Source: Candidatus Fermentibacteraceae bacterium (lineage in GTDB: Bacteria > Fermentibacterota > Fermentibacteria > Fermentibacterales > JCC-6). From it: 22,493 nt of DNA. The position numbers and the translations under genes are program-made. This document shows, in pieces, positions 1-9,207 of the stretch. Location of the stretch: positions 5,132-27,624 of the forward strand of contig JAWLEP010000025.1 of the NCBI GenBank assembly GCA_041686025.1. Direction: 5' to 3'. The notes beneath the pieces are model-generated. The model ran no database searches and was not told where the DNA came from. It worked only from the letters and a program-made list of their open reading frames with translations. Position 1 is the stretch's first letter; each line of letters opens with the position of its first letter.

Positions 1-62
1 CTACGTAGCCTTGCTACATCCCTCTTGCGGCTTGCCAGCAATTTCGGGAGTGCCCTGCACAA

Positions 63-2525
63 CTAGTCCAGGCGCACCAGCTTCATGGTGTCGCGGCTGT
101 CGCTGGTGACGGCCACCACGAAGTAGACGCCGGCGGGGGCCCTGCTGCCCGAACCGGTCATCCCGTCCCAGACCAGCGAATGCGACCCGGCGGTGCGCGT
201 CCCGTCCACCAGACTGCGTACGCGGCGGCCGGTGATGTCGTAGACCGAGAGCTCCACGTGATCGGTCCCGGGCATCACGAAGCTGATGTCGGCGGAGGAC
301 CTCATGGGGTTGGGCAGGCTCTGGTGCACCACCACTCCCGCCGGCAGCGGATCGCCGGGGCCCAGGTCCTCCAGGCCCGAGACGGTCACGTCGTCGATGT
401 TCCAGCCGCTGTAGGTCCAGCCCATGTTGGTGGGCCCCATGGTCCAGCGGAAGTACACTGAGTCCTCGCCCTGGGCTACCGAGGAGATGTCGTAGCTCAC
501 CTTCACCCAGGCGCTGTCGGTTACCGCGGAGCTTCCGTTGGTCCAGACGGGCGTCCATTCCTGGCCGTCGGCGCTCACCTCCACGGAAGCCTGGTCGAAG
601 CCGTACTCCTGGACGTTCAGCCACCTCCGGAAGGAGAGCTCGGGGCTGTAGATCTCCGAGCAGTCCAGGGGACCGGCTGTCAGGCATTTCTGCTCCAGGT
701 CGTTCTCGTAGTCGCCTTCAAGGTTGTACCCGATGACGTTGGAGCCGGTGTAGCCGGAGGAGGGGTCGGGGTTGCCGTGCTCACCGCCCTGGCCCAGGGG
801 CTGGCCGTACTGCCACAGGCCCTCCCGCTCCCATCCCGGGTCCTGGTCCATGTTCCAGGAGAGCAGGGTCTGCAGGGAATCGCCCACCAGCAGGGTCACC
901 GGTATGTCCATGTCCTCGGTGCCCTCGGTGAGGTCGGTGATGGAGAGGGTGGTGCTGTAGGCGCCCCTGGCCAGATCTCCGGCGTCCCCGTCCACCGCCA
1001 GCACCAGTGTCTCGGTCTCGTAGGGGTAGAGAACGCCCTCGGCGCTCCCGTAGAGGTTGAGCCAGCCCACCGCCGGCTCCAGGACGGCCTGGTACTCCAG
1101 CGCCCCGTCGCTTCGGGCCGTGATCCCGATCTCGTGCAGCTGGGGACTGAACGGCCCCCCCACGGGGCCCTCGATCAGAAAGGCGTCTTCTGCGTCCACA
1201 CACAGCCCGTAGTCGGTGACCAGGGCCTTCATGCAGAAGCTGCCCGTGCCCGGGTAGGGGTTGCCGTCCCAGTAGTAGAGGTCCTTCCACTCCCCGTCCT
1301 GGTGGTACCAGCTCTCTCCCGGCGAGGAGCCGGACTCCACCAGGGTCTTGGTGTCGGCCCCCAGGAGGACGGGCACCACGGAGGTGCGGTCGTAGGGCAT
1401 GCCGGGCTGGGAGATCTCCAGCTCCAGGCAGAAGTCCTCGCCCTCGCTGAGCCTTACCGCCTGCGGCAGGTCCACGGTGTGCAGCCCCCGGTGGGGGAAG
1501 CCGCCGGTGAGCTCCGCCAGCTGCCCGGTTGGCTGCCCGTCCTGGAAGCCGCTCCATACGGTAACCGTGTACTCAAGGCTGTCGTAGGGGGTTATGAAGC
1601 TGACGGACTCCAGGAAGTGGCCGTCCCGGGCGGTGAAGGCGTTCAGGGCCCGGCTCACCCCCTCCATCTCGTCGCGCCAGCCGTGGTAGTCGTGGTAGTA
1701 GACGTCGTCGTAGCGCAGGGTCTCCACCTCCCGGAAGGACACCGCTCCCATCTCCGGGTGATGGCCGCAGTGCTTGTCGTAGTAGGAGATGTAGAAGTAG
1801 CCGTCCCAGCCCCAGCCCGTCCCCCAGCTGTTCTTGACGATCCAGGCCCCGTTCTGGGGTGCGGGGGTGGGCAGGTCGTCGTACCAGCCCACTATGGCCA
1901 CCGCATGGTTGGGGTCCAGGTCCGAGGTCTCCGGCTGCCAGTGGATGTAGTTGGAGTCGATGAACTGACTCCCGGACATCAGACAGGTGCCCATGACGCC
2001 CGCATCCATGATCCGCTGCTTGATCTGATCGATCTGCTCCAGGTCGTCCCCCGCCTCCATCCACTCGATGTGCCGGGGGTAGTAGTAGTGGTACGAGGGG
2101 CTGTGCCTGTCGGGCGGGGTTTCGTAGGACTGTCCGTCAACGTCCCTCACCGCTCCCTCCAGGCGGGCCAGGTAGGCGGCGGTGACCCTGTAGTCTCCTC
2201 CGTAATGCACCTCCAGGCCCCCGTAGGGCGGTTCGATGTCGTCGTTGTTGTGCTGGTTGAAGCCGTTCCACCAGTCCAGGTGGTACTCGGCCAGGTTCGG
2301 CTCCCCCTGCTCCCCGGCGTCCGCCCAGACCGAGGTGATCATCAGGTTGCCCTCCATGGCGGCCATGGCCCCGTGCGTCCAGCATGTGCCTCCCAGCTGG
2401 GACTTCACAGATGTCACGTAGCTCTCGCCGTTGTAGTCCCGGAGGTCGAAGTAGTCCGGAAGGGCCGCCGCGCAGACCGGCAGCAGGGCGGCGCACAGAA
2501 TCACCAGCGTTCTGGGAGTTGGCAT
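63..2525 (-). CDS. Secreted papain-family (C1A) cysteine peptidase with lectin-like domain, further beta-sandwich domains and FlgD-Ig/T9SS-like C-terminal tail (~820 aa)
   Basis: Catalytic motifs VKSQLGGTCW (Gln, Cys), NHAVAIVGW (His) and IVKNSWG (Asn). Signal peptide MPTPRTLVILCAALLPVCAAA follows GAAAGGA, so the start is placed at ATG 2525 rather than 2693. Tail reads PNP..ISF..VYDITGRRV..WDG..G..AGVYFV..KLVRLD. Confidence 0.9.
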   Translation of the reverse strand: MPTPRTLVILCAALLPVCAAALPDYFDLRDYNGESYVTSVKSQLGGTCWTHGAMAAMEGNLMITSVWADAGEQGEPNLAEYHLDWWNGFNQHNNDDIEPPYGGLEVHYGGDYRVTAAYLARLEGAVRDVDGQSYETPPDRHSPSYHYYYPRHIEWMEAGDDLEQIDQIKQRIMDAGVMGTCLMSGSQFIDSNYIHWQPETSDLDPNHAVAIVGWYDDLPTPAPQNGAWIVKNSWGTGWGWDGYFYISYYDKHCGHHPEMGAVSFREVETLRYDDVYYHDYHGWRDEMEGVSRALNAFTARDGHFLESVSFITPYDSLEYTVTVWSGFQDGQPTGQLAELTGGFPHRGLHTVDLPQAVRLSEGEDFCLELEISQPGMPYDRTSVVPVLLGADTKTLVESGSSPGESWYHQDGEWKDLYYWDGNPYPGTGSFCMKALVTDYGLCVDAEDAFLIEGPVGGPFSPQLHEIGITARSDGALEYQAVLEPAVGWLNLYGSAEGVLYPYETETLVLAVDGDAGDLARGAYSTTLSITDLTEGTEDMDIPVTLLVGDSLQTLLSWNMDQDPGWEREGLWQYGQPLGQGGEHGNPDPSSGYTGSNVIGYNLEGDYENDLEQKCLTAGPLDCSEIYSPELSFRRWLNVQEYGFDQASVEVSADGQEWTPVWTNGSSAVTDSAWVKVSYDISSVAQGEDSVYFRWTMGPTNMGWTYSGWNIDDVTVSGLEDLGPGDPLPAGVVVHQSLPNPMRSSADISFVMPGTDHVELSVYDITGRRVRSLVDGTRTAGSHSLVWDGMTGSGSRAPAGVYFVVAVTSDSRDTMKLVRLD

Positions 2526-2606
2526 TGGGGTCCTTTCGAAGCCTATCGGGTCATGTACGGTGCGGCCCGCAGGCAGGCCGTTTCCAGGTACTCTGTAATA
2601 TGGCCG

Positions 2607-2628
2607 GCGGGAACCGGTGGGTTCCCGC
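2607..2628. repeat. Perfect 9-bp inverted repeat GCGGGAACC-GGTG-GGTTCCCGC between the kinase stop and the peptidase start
   Basis: Seen directly. No U-tract on either side, so terminator versus operator versus leader hairpin is unresolved. Confidence 0.5.
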
Positions 2629-2751
2629 GTGCGAAGCTGTAGCATGGAAGCTGCTGAGCCGTCAATATGATGAGCGCCGGCGGAGAGGGCCACCCGGGTT
2701 CTGCCTGCTGTACTCCAGGTACCCCGCGTACGGGCGTCGTCGACCGACTCT

Positions 2752-5469
2752 TCAGTCCAGCAGCCTGCGGACTGCCGTCAGAATCTCATTGCGGGTAAAG
2801 GGCTTCCTGATAAAAAAGTAGCTTCCGTCCAGCGATATCTCCTCAGCCCTGTCGCTGTAGCCGCTGCAGAGGAGAATACGGGCGTCCGGGTCGGTCTCCA
2901 GTATCCTTCTGGCCGCCTCCAGGCCTCCCATCCCGGGCATGATGATATCGAGAATGACCAGCGCAGGCCTGTCATCTGCGGTCTGGTAGATATGGGCGGC
3001 TTCCCTGCCGTTGTCGCAGGATACTACCCGATAGCCCGCCTGATCCAGTATCTCCTCCAGCAGGTTTCGAACCTCCCTGTTGTCCTCGGCGAGCAGAATC
3101 GTCTCGCCTCCTCCGGCCGGGGGAGACACGTCTTTCCTCTGCGATCGTGACGGCCTGTCATCGACTGCAGGGAAGAGGATCCTGAAGATGGTGCCATCGC
3201 CCTCTACGCTTGTGGCGGAGATCATCCCGCCGTGCTGCTTGACAATCCCGTAAACGGTGGAAAGGCCCAGGCCGGACCCCCCGCCCTGGTCCCTGGTGGT
3301 GAAGAAGGGCTCGAAGATCCTCTCCAGCGTCCCGGGGGGCATGCCGGTTCCGGTGTCCTCGACGTATATGGCTACGTATTCCCCGGGCTGCGCCCAGGGA
3401 TAGCCCGAGCAGGACTCAGCATCCAGGTTCTCCGTCCGGGCCGAGATTCGAATCCGGCCTCCTTCGGGCATGGCGTCGCGGGCGTTGAGGAAGAGGTTTG
3501 CCAGCACCTGCTCGAGCATTCCCCGGTCTCCGCGAATCGCCGGCAGGTTTTCCTGGCAGGAGAATTTGAGCTCGATGTCCTCCCCTATTATCCGCTCCAG
3601 CATCTCCAGGTGGCTGCCGATCGTGTCCCCGACCGAAAGGGGCTCCAGGCTGATGGACCTCTTCCTGCTGAAGGCCAGCAGCTGCCGGACCAGTCTGGCC
3701 GCCTTTTCTCCGGCGGAAGCCACCTCCTTCAGCTTGTCGCAAGCCTCTGCATCCTCCGGCAGCGTTTCCATGGCCACACCGGTGTAGCCCGTTATCACCT
3801 GCAGGAGGTTGTTGAAGTCGTGGGCCACGCCTCCGGCAAGCTGGCCCACGGCCTCCATCTTCTGTGCCTGCCTCAGCTGCCTCTCGAGCTCTCTCCGCTC
3901 GGTGATATCCCGCAGAAATACTATAAATGCGGGTTCCCCGTCGTATTCAATGATCGAGGCATTCACCTCCACCGGCAGCAGGCCGCCGTCGCCCTTCCTG
4001 AGCGTTGTCTCGAAAGTAGAAGGGACGTCCTCACCGCGGGCCCGCCCTTCCATCCGCTCCGAGACCGGCTGATGCTGTCCGGGGACGATGAAATCCATGA
4101 TGCTGTGGTCCAGTACCTCCCCGGAATGATAGCCCAGGGATTCGAAGCAGGCCCTGTTGGCGAAGACGATTCGGCCGTTGCGGTGAATGATTATTCCGTC
4201 CCGGCTGCCCTCCACCACCGTCCGGTACTTCTCCTCGCTCTGCCTGATGCGCCGCTGCGCTTCGACCTGCTCTGTGATGTCGCGGGATATGACCACTACC
4301 CCTTCGATATCACCCTTCTCGTCGGTCATCGGAACTGCCGTGTCGTCCCAGAATGTCTCGCCCCTGGTGGACACTATGCCCTCTCTCCGCATGACGCGAT
4401 GATCAATCTCTCCCGACTCCATCGCCGGCCTGACCGGACAGCCCGGGCAGGGACTGCTCAGGTTCGCAAATGCCCTGTGGCACTTCCTGCCGATGGAGTC
4501 GGTCATGGACTGGGCGGCCCTGTTGGCCCAGCGGACGGTGTAATCGGGACCAAGCAGCGTGATCACGTCCGGGGACCCGTCGAGTATGGCCTGCATCTGG
4601 GCGTTGCTCTCTCGCAGCTCGGCGGTGGCGGCGCGGACCTTGCGCCGCGTAACCAGAACCAGCACCAGGAAGACGGCGGCTGCAGTCGCCAGACCTCCGA
4701 GCAGCCACCACAGCCACACTCCGGGTGAGCTCTCCGGTGTGCTGCCCAGCCACCTGTTCAGAGACTCATGGTAGACCGATCCCGGGTCCTCCCTGAACGC
4801 ACGCAGGTGCCGGTCCAGCGCGGCAATGAGGTGGGCGTTCTCCCCCGGGGGCACCGCGAACAGCAGCTCAATTGGACAGCAGAGGATGGGTGTACGTGAG
4901 ACGTCGAAGCGGTCTTCCTCCCTGGCGGCGTACAGCCTGGGCACCAGGGCGGCCTCCGCTCTGCCCCGGTCCAGGGCCAGCATGACCGAGTCGTAGGTGG
5001 GGCTCTCCACGTAGTCGCACTCGATGTCGAAGCTCTCTGCCAGGTCCCGGAAGCGGGTGTAGTATACATCGCTCTCCAGCACGGCCATGGCCTTGCCGTC
5101 GAGGTCGATGATAGACTCTATGCTCGTGCCGGGCCGTCCGAAGACCACGGCCCAGTTGGATAGAACCGTCTCCCCGTTGAAGTCGTAGAGGCTGTCGCGC
5201 TCCTCGGTGTAGGCTATTGCCGGCAGCAGGTCCAGCTCACCCCTGCCCAGCATGGAGCGCAGCTCCGGCCAGCTGGCATCCACCCACTCCACCTGCCAGT
5301 CCTCGCGCGCGGCTATCTCGCGGAGCAGGTCGGGATACAACCCGCTGGGGGTCCCCGTTGAGTCACGGAAGAGCAGTGGAGGGGTCTGGTACATGCCCAC
5401 CTCCACGCGCTCGGCGGACAGGGGAAAAGACAGGGTCAGGGCTGCAAGAGCGGCCAGGAACAGCCTCAA
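2752..5469 (-). CDS. Hybrid sensor histidine kinase/response regulator: periplasmic substrate-binding (SBP_bac_3-like) domain, TM, 2 PAS, HisKA, HATPase, REC
   Basis: H-box [14 protein letters not shown]-box [27 protein letters not shown]. Receiver LLAED..LDIIMP..KP. TM helix [22 protein letters not shown]. Start moved to TTG 5469 after GGAGGAG, giving signal peptide [19 protein letters not shown]. Confidence 0.92.
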   Translation of the reverse strand: MRLFLAALAALTLSFPLSAERVEVGMYQTPPLLFRDSTGTPSGLYPDLLREIAAREDWQVEWVDASWPELRSMLGRGELDLLPAIAYTEERDSLYDFNGETVLSNWAVVFGRPGTSIESIIDLDGKAMAVLESDVYYTRFRDLAESFDIECDYVESPTYDSVMLALDRGRAEAALVPRLYAAREEDRFDVSRTPILCCPIELLFAVPPGENAHLIAALDRHLRAFREDPGSVYHESLNRWLGSTPESSPGVWLWWLLGGLATAAAVFLVLVLVTRRKVRAATAELRESNAQMQAILDGSPDVITLLGPDYTVRWANRAAQSMTDSIGRKCHRAFANLSSPCPGCPVRPAMESGEIDHRVMRREGIVSTRGETFWDDTAVPMTDEKGDIEGVVVISRDITEQVEAQRRIRQSEEKYRTVVEGSRDGIIIHRNGRIVFANRACFESLGYHSGEVLDHSIMDFIVPGQHQPVSERMEGRARGEDVPSTFETTLRKGDGGLLPVEVNASIIEYDGEPAFIVFLRDITERRELERQLRQAQKMEAVGQLAGGVAHDFNNLLQVITGYTGVAMETLPEDAEACDKLKEVASAGEKAARLVRQLLAFSRKRSISLEPLSVGDTIGSHLEMLERIIGEDIELKFSCQENLPAIRGDRGMLEQVLANLFLNARDAMPEGGRIRISARTENLDAESCSGYPWAQPGEYVAIYVEDTGTGMPPGTLERIFEPFFTTRDQGGGSGLGLSTVYGIVKQHGGMISATSVEGDGTIFRILFPAVDDRPSRSQRKDVSPPAGGGETILLAEDNREVRNLLEEILDQAGYRVVSCDNGREAAHIYQTADDRPALVILDIIMPGMGGLEAARRILETDPDARILLCSGYSDRAEEISLDGSYFFIRKPFTRNEILTAVRRLLD

Positions 5470-5807
5470 TGCTCCTCCCAAGGCAAATAAGTTAATCCCA
5501 GGGGCACTATAACGGGAGGGAAGCCGGGTGAACAGCCGCTGCAATCCGTTCGTGGCATCCACCCGCAAGGGCACGATGGACTCAGCAAGCCAAGCCTTCG
5601 GAGAGGGCGGGGCGAAATGGGCCGAAGCGAACCGGGAGTAACACTTGTTCGGGCTGGCCTGCATTACGCTGCCCTCTGGCGCATGCGACGGAGTGACCCG
5701 CTTGCGCCTCCATTCCCGGCATGGATTATCTATCAACTGCTTGCCGGGGTTGCGGTGGAACCACCGATCCAGCAGATGGGTTCTATGGATGAGGAGGGAG
5801 GTGGCAG

Positions 5808-6002
5808 ATGAGATCGAGGATACCGTCGTCTGCCGGAGCTTCCGGAGCGCTGCTCCGACCCTGAGCGACGGTGCTGGCCATCTCCCTCCTCATGATCGCC
5901 TGCGGGACGGAAACCTCCGCCCCTCCCGCGAAGACACCGACCTGTCAATCGAGATGCGGAGACTGGACAGGCGCAATGGTCACCGGTGCGGGGTTGGGAT
6001 AG
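5808..6002 (+). pseudogene. Probable lipoprotein gene remnant with an in-frame TGA in the signal peptide
   Basis: SD GGAGG then ATG 5808: MRSRIPSSAGASGALLRP*ATVLAISLLMIAC-GTETSAPP.. The lipobox-like Cys is at 5901, TGA at 5862, and the frame closes at TAG 6000-6002. Confidence 0.4.
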
Positions 6003-6084
6003 CCCGTTCGCCGGACGGGTTCATCAGACAGGCTCCCGGTTGTTTCCAGCAGGGAGCTCCATCACAGGTACCGATTGCGGGCAC

Positions 6085-6927
6085 TTATTCCGCGGGGCTC
6101 TTCTCTTCCCCCGCCATACCCATCCTCAGCAGACCGATCCCGGCCAGAACCGCTGCGACAGTGGTCACCACGCCGGCCTCCGGGCCGAATCCCCCGCCGG
6201 TGAGCCAGTCGGGGCCGGTGGCCGCGTAGACGATTCCCTCGGGGGCGATCTCCAGGCCGGATACCTCGGCTCCCAGCGCCATGAGGGTTGCGTTCCAGGC
6301 GAAATGGGCCCCCCATGCCGCCGGCAGGCCGCCGGGTCCCAGCCGCAGCTGTGCCAGCACCAGTCCGATGAGGAAGATGTTCACGGTGCCCAGCGGGTAC
6401 GGCCCCGCGGCCCGGTGAGCCAGGGCGAACAGCAGGGCCGTGGCGAAGGCCGAGACAGTGGGCCCGGCGGCCCGGGAGAGGGCGGAGAGGGGGTAGCCGC
6501 GGAAGACAAGCTCCTCCCACAGCGCCGCCGGAAGCAGGGCCAGCATCGGAAGCGGCAGCCGCATGGCGTAGGCGAGAGGGGCGGACTCCAGCGAGATGCT
6601 CACCTGTCCGGTTGCGGCCAGGCCGAGAATGGCTGCACCAGACATGAGCAATCCCAGGGCGGCCCCGCCCAGGAAGCTGCGGGGGCCTCTCCGGGGAGAG
6701 CGCCATCCCAGCCAGACTCCGGGAGGTCTGAAGAAGCGGCCCAGCAGCAGGTTGACAGCAAGTACGGCGGCAACTCCGGCAACCCCGGCCAGAACCAGCA
6801 GGTTGGGCACGGCCCCCAGCTGGCGGGCAACGGAGATGAAAAAATGCGCTGCCAGAGTGACGGCCGCCACGTAGGCCGCCGCCTTGAGCACGGGAACCGT
6901 CTTCCTGCCGATCAGTTTCCAATCCAT
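6085..6927 (-). CDS. CPBP family (CAAX protease/Abi, Rce1-like) intramembrane glutamic endopeptidase
   Basis: Motifs EELVFRG, FALAH and HFAWN. Multiple hydrophobic helices. C-terminal WLTGGGFGPEAG is typical of the family. Confidence 0.9.
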   Translation of the reverse strand: MDWKLIGRKTVPVLKAAAYVAAVTLAAHFFISVARQLGAVPNLLVLAGVAGVAAVLAVNLLLGRFFRPPGVWLGWRSPRRGPRSFLGGAALGLLMSGAAILGLAATGQVSISLESAPLAYAMRLPLPMLALLPAALWEELVFRGYPLSALSRAAGPTVSAFATALLFALAHRAAGPYPLGTVNIFLIGLVLAQLRLGPGGLPAAWGAHFAWNATLMALGAEVSGLEIAPEGIVYAATGPDWLTGGGFGPEAGVVTTVAAVLAGIGLLRMGMAGEEKSPAE

Positions 6928-6992
6928 TTCCCGGGTAATATCCTATGTACCGTGGTTTTCTGTCATGGGCGGACTCCGGGGGGAGGTTCAGG

Positions 6993-7169
6993 GTGACGGC
7001 AGAGCCGGGACCGAAGAGGTTTCGCACGGCGGAGGAGGGCAACCGCCGTCACTGGAACGAGCTGGCAGCCGTTCACGCCCGCTCCTACCACGTGAGGGAG
7101 CTGCTGGAGGGACGCTGCCAGCTGGACGGCCGGCTTCCGCTGTCCTTCAGCCTCCTGGCCTCCCTGTAG
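6993..7169 (+). pseudogene. 58-codon remnant of a class I SAM-dependent methyltransferase (N- and C-termini joined)
   Basis: SD GGAGG, GTG 6993. NRRHWNELAAVHARSY..LLEG..LD resembles the N-terminus, and GRLPLSFSLLA the extreme C-terminus, of a common ~270-aa methyltransferase family. The SAM-binding core is absent. Confidence 0.55.
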
Positions 7170-7178
7170 GCCGTCGGC

Positions 7179-7652
7179 TCAGAGCCAGCGGCCCACCTTC
7201 TCGCGGTATCGGGCCCAGTCCTCCTCGAATATCCTCTCCATCTTCCGCTCCTCCGGGCCGATGAAGAGGGCCTCCATGCAGACCACGAACACCGGAAGGA
7301 CGAACAGCGGGGAGAGGGTGCCCAGCAGTATCCAGGCGCCCAGGAGTATCAGCGTCATGCCCAGGTACATCGGGTGCCGGGACATGCCGTAGGCTCCGTC
7401 CGTGACCAGCTGCCGGGAGTCGAGGTGGGGCTTTACCGTGGTGCCGTTCTTTTTGAACTGTCTGTCTGCCAATAGATTCAACCAAATGCCGGGGATCAGG
7501 GGTGCCAGTCCCAGCAGCGTCCACGGAAACCCCAGGAGGCGGGCTACCGGAACCAGCAGGTGCAGCAGGACCATGAGGGTCAGCGATGACAGGAAGTAGG
7601 TGGGGGGAAGCGGGCCGGGCCTGTCGGCCTGCCCTCTCCCCTGCTCAGCCAT
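7179..7652 (-). CDS. Isoprenylcysteine carboxylmethyltransferase/PEMT-family membrane methyltransferase
   Basis: LVTDGAYGMSRHPMYLG and EERKM..F.E.W..Y..KV.RW motifs plus TM helices. Start overlaps the DUF3795 stop. Confidence 0.88.
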   Translation of the reverse strand: MAEQGRGQADRPGPLPPTYFLSSLTLMVLLHLLVPVARLLGFPWTLLGLAPLIPGIWLNLLADRQFKKNGTTVKPHLDSRQLVTDGAYGMSRHPMYLGMTLILLGAWILLGTLSPLFVLPVFVVCMEALFIGPEERKMERIFEEDWARYREKVGRWL

Positions 7653-7995
7653 CCGCCTTCTCCGCCAGGGCCTCCAGCGTCTTCCCGGCCTCGGGGACCC
7701 ACTCGAAGAACGATCGCAGCCGGCCGCAGGGGTAGTCGGAGCAGAATGCGCAGCTCTTCAGGCCACGTTCGGTGGCGCAGGCCCTTATCCCGCACTCCCT
7801 GCAGTGGGCGAACTGCACCTCCGCCCCCGGCAGGCATCCGTCGCAGTCTATCTGCCCAGGCTCTATGGAAGCGCCGTACTGCTGCGACCATTCCGCGGCG
7901 GTCTTCTTCCGCAGCCCGTCGTCGTCACTTCGTCTGGCCAGGTATGCGGGGCACCCATCACACCTCAGGCCGCAGAAAGCAATGATCTGGCTCAA
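7645..7995 (-). CDS. DUF3795 family Cys-rich protein
   Basis: IAFCGLRCDGCPAY..CDGC..CRECGIRAC..SCAFCSDYPC pattern. TTG 7995 is preceded by GGAGGT. Confidence 0.85.
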   Translation of the reverse strand: MSQIIAFCGLRCDGCPAYLARRSDDDGLRKKTAAEWSQQYGASIEPGQIDCDGCLPGAEVQFAHCRECGIRACATERGLKSCAFCSDYPCGRLRSFFEWVPEAGKTLEALAEKADG

Positions 7996-8096
7996 ACACA
8001 ACCTCCCGGCTGGAGCCCGGGCCCGGCATGAAGCCCCGTTTGCATCGAAGATAGGGGGTCATATCTTAGCCGGGTACCCCCGACGGGAGGATGGAG

Positions 8097-8624
8097 ATGT
8101 CCTTTCTCGCATGGATTGTCATGAGCTTTCTGACGCTGCCGCTGTGCGGGCTGATGCAGCTGCTGCCTCTGCCGCTGTGGAAGCTGGCGCTGCTGCCGCT
8201 GCTTGCGCTGGGAGGCTGCAGCGGCACCGTGGCGGGGAACGGTTCCGGCCCTTCGGTCTCCGCATGGATGCAGGGGGCGGACACCGCACACGTGCAGGTG
8301 GAGGGGCTTGAGATGCGCGAATGCATGTACGTGGTGGCGCGGCACGGGAGCGGCCCCCGCAGCTACCGCCTGGGAGACCGGGACGGGCTGGATCTGTTCC
8401 TGGCCCTTCACCGGGACAGCCCGGCGGTGCTGCGGCTGGAGAGCGAAGAGGTCTTCGTCACCGACTCCGGGAGAATGGACACCGTGCCAACCGCAACCTC
8501 CGCCATGATCGCCGGGGAGAGCTTCGAGCGCTGGCTGGCCCGGGAGACGGCGGCGGGCGCGTCGGTGGACAGCCTCTACGAGGTCTACGACCAGCAGTAT
8601 CTGGAAGCGCTGGGCAGGAGGTAG
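8097..8624 (+). CDS. Hypothetical exported protein, possible lipoprotein
   Basis: SD GGAGG 6 nt before ATG 8097. Leu-rich N-terminus ending LALGG-C. Stop lies 1 nt before the next ATG. Confidence 0.6.
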   Translation: MSFLAWIVMSFLTLPLCGLMQLLPLPLWKLALLPLLALGGCSGTVAGNGSGPSVSAWMQGADTAHVQVEGLEMRECMYVVARHGSGPRSYRLGDRDGLDLFLALHRDSPAVLRLESEEVFVTDSGRMDTVPTATSAMIAGESFERWLARETAAGASVDSLYEVYDQQYLEALGRR

Positions 8625-8625
8625 C

Positions 8626-9207
8626 ATGCGAAGACGATGGTGCAAGTCACTGCTGGCCGCCGCGACGCTCGTTTCGGCCGTCCCGGACCTGATGGGCGAG
8701 GGGGTACTTCTCAGCCCCGCCGACAGCCTGAGGGTCTACTGCAGGCCTTCTGCCGCGGCCGAGGTCTTCGGCGTCGTAGCCCCGGGGGAGAGCCTGATGG
8801 TCTGCTCCCGGACCGCGGGAGGCTGGCTGGGCTTCCAGCCGGGGGTGGCCCAGGCCGGGAACATAGGCCCGTTCAGGCTTCGCTGGGTGAGGCCGGATTC
8901 CTCCGCGATGCCGGCTGACTCCGTCCCCCTCAGCTGGGTGGAGCCCCTGCTCCCGCGGGCCGTGTACCTGATGGCCTACGACACCGTCGGAGTCTTTGCT
9001 TCGCCCCAGGACGATTCGGAGCCGCTGGCAGTAATACCCAGAGACGGGTGGGCGAGGGTGGAAGCAAGGGACCACTCGGGCAACTGGTATTTTGTCCGCA
9101 CGGAGAGCGGCTGCCTTGGATGGTCGTCGCTCACCGCTGCGGGCCTCAGCGGCGACCCCGACACCCTTCCAGCGGTAAAGCCGTCACCGGCTGACTCAGT
9201 TCAGTGA
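8626..9207 (+). CDS. Hypothetical secreted protein with two SH3b-like repeats
   Basis: Signal peptide. Two similar units: LRVYCRPSAAAEVFGVV..GE..SRTAGGWLG and VGVFASPQDDSEPLAVI..ARDHSGNWYFVR..GW. GTGA overlap with the next gene. Confidence 0.65.
   Translation: MRRRWCKSLLAAATLVSAVPDLMGEGVLLSPADSLRVYCRPSAAAEVFGVVAPGESLMVCSRTAGGWLGFQPGVAQAGNIGPFRLRWVRPDSSAMPADSVPLSWVEPLLPRAVYLMAYDTVGVFASPQDDSEPLAVIPRDGWARVEARDHSGNWYFVRTESGCLGWSSLTAAGLSGDPDTLPAVKPSPADSVQ

Noticed and set aside
777..2642. Long antisense or alternative-frame ORFs (also 3232-4728, 10972-12570, 12626-14239, 15169-16899, 17794-18900, 18982-20481)
   Set aside because: Shadows of real genes in high-GC DNA; no motifs, with composition typical of reverse-complemented codons.
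5589..5625. GCCAAGCCTTCGGAGAGGGCGGGGCGAAA loosely resembles a c-di-GMP-I riboswitch
   Set aside because: No properly paired GNRA-capped stem, and no recognisable second stem or tetraloop receptor.
5862..5864. In-frame TGA followed by structure: selenocysteine or recoding?
   Set aside because: It lies in a signal-peptide-like region, the frame ends 46 codons later, and TGA is a normal stop in several genes here.
8121..8210. Apparent ~30-nt CTGCCGCTG repeats
   Set aside because: Explained by Leu/Pro codon usage in a hydrophobic N-terminus; not a CRISPR or tandem array.
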